Shown here: positions 63,918 to 64,000 of the stretch, one piece after another
Position numbering within the stretch: the stretch's first letter is position 1
How the letters are laid out: each line of letters opens with the position of its first letter
Translations under genes and position numbers: made by a program
The notes under the pieces: model-generated
What the model saw: only the letters and a program-made list of their open reading frames with translations
Told to the model about the DNA's origin: nothing
The model's database searches: none
From: an uncultured Gemmatimonadaceae bacterium
GTDB lineage: Bacteria > Gemmatimonadota > Gemmatimonadetes > Gemmatimonadales > Gemmatimonadaceae
Assembly: GCA_963751275.1 (NCBI GenBank)
Contig: CAVVTZ010000002.1
Location: 59,954 to 123,953, forward strand
DNA: 64,000 nt
Direction: 5' to 3'

Positions 63918-64000
63918 AGCATCTCAACGCGACTCTCCAGCGGCGCGTCGCGATCGTCCTCGCCGGGTTGCGGCCCGGCGCCGCCTTCCCGACCTGAAAC

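Noticed and set aside
1..64000. tRNA, rRNA, transposase or integrase genes
   Set aside because: None recognised by eye; a tRNAscan/Infernal/ISfinder run would be needed to exclude them formally

Overview
The window appears to join two different genomes. Positions 1 to ~49,635 look like a high-GC Gemmatimonadota/Acidobacteriota-type chromosome. This part holds a general-stress island (CsbD, DUF1328, DUF883/holin-like/DUF3618, ferritin-like, Ku-LigD, a PAS kinase with a response regulator), dodecin and a Mycobacterium Sdh1-like succinate dehydrogenase operon. It also holds peptidases, PadR with ADOP permeases, OsmC, an orphan signal-peptide Hcp, ABC-F, a VPS10/BNR protein and several families of large intergenic palindromes. 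From ~49,780 to the end is an indel-rich, actinobacterial-type lipid/steroid catabolic region (acyl-CoA dehydrogenase pair, DUF35 plus thiolase, LLM, amidohydrolase, CoA ligase, ferredoxin, TetR). The switch occurs inside an Ig-like gene, so the join is probably chimeric. The best discovery candidate is an ~85-nt leader found six times in the stress island, always sense-oriented just upstream of a start codon: CCTTG-N-CG-[hairpin]-AGTCGAAGGCGCG-[hairpin]-CGCGCCTT-(T-rich). It has covarying stems and mutually exclusive antiterminator/terminator pairings. One copy precedes the kinase/response-regulator operon, whose regulator has a non-canonical output domain. This suggests an RNA-level antitermination regulon that I cannot match to a known family. 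No rRNA, tRNA, CRISPR array or transposase was recognised. All family assignments come from motif recognition, not database searches.
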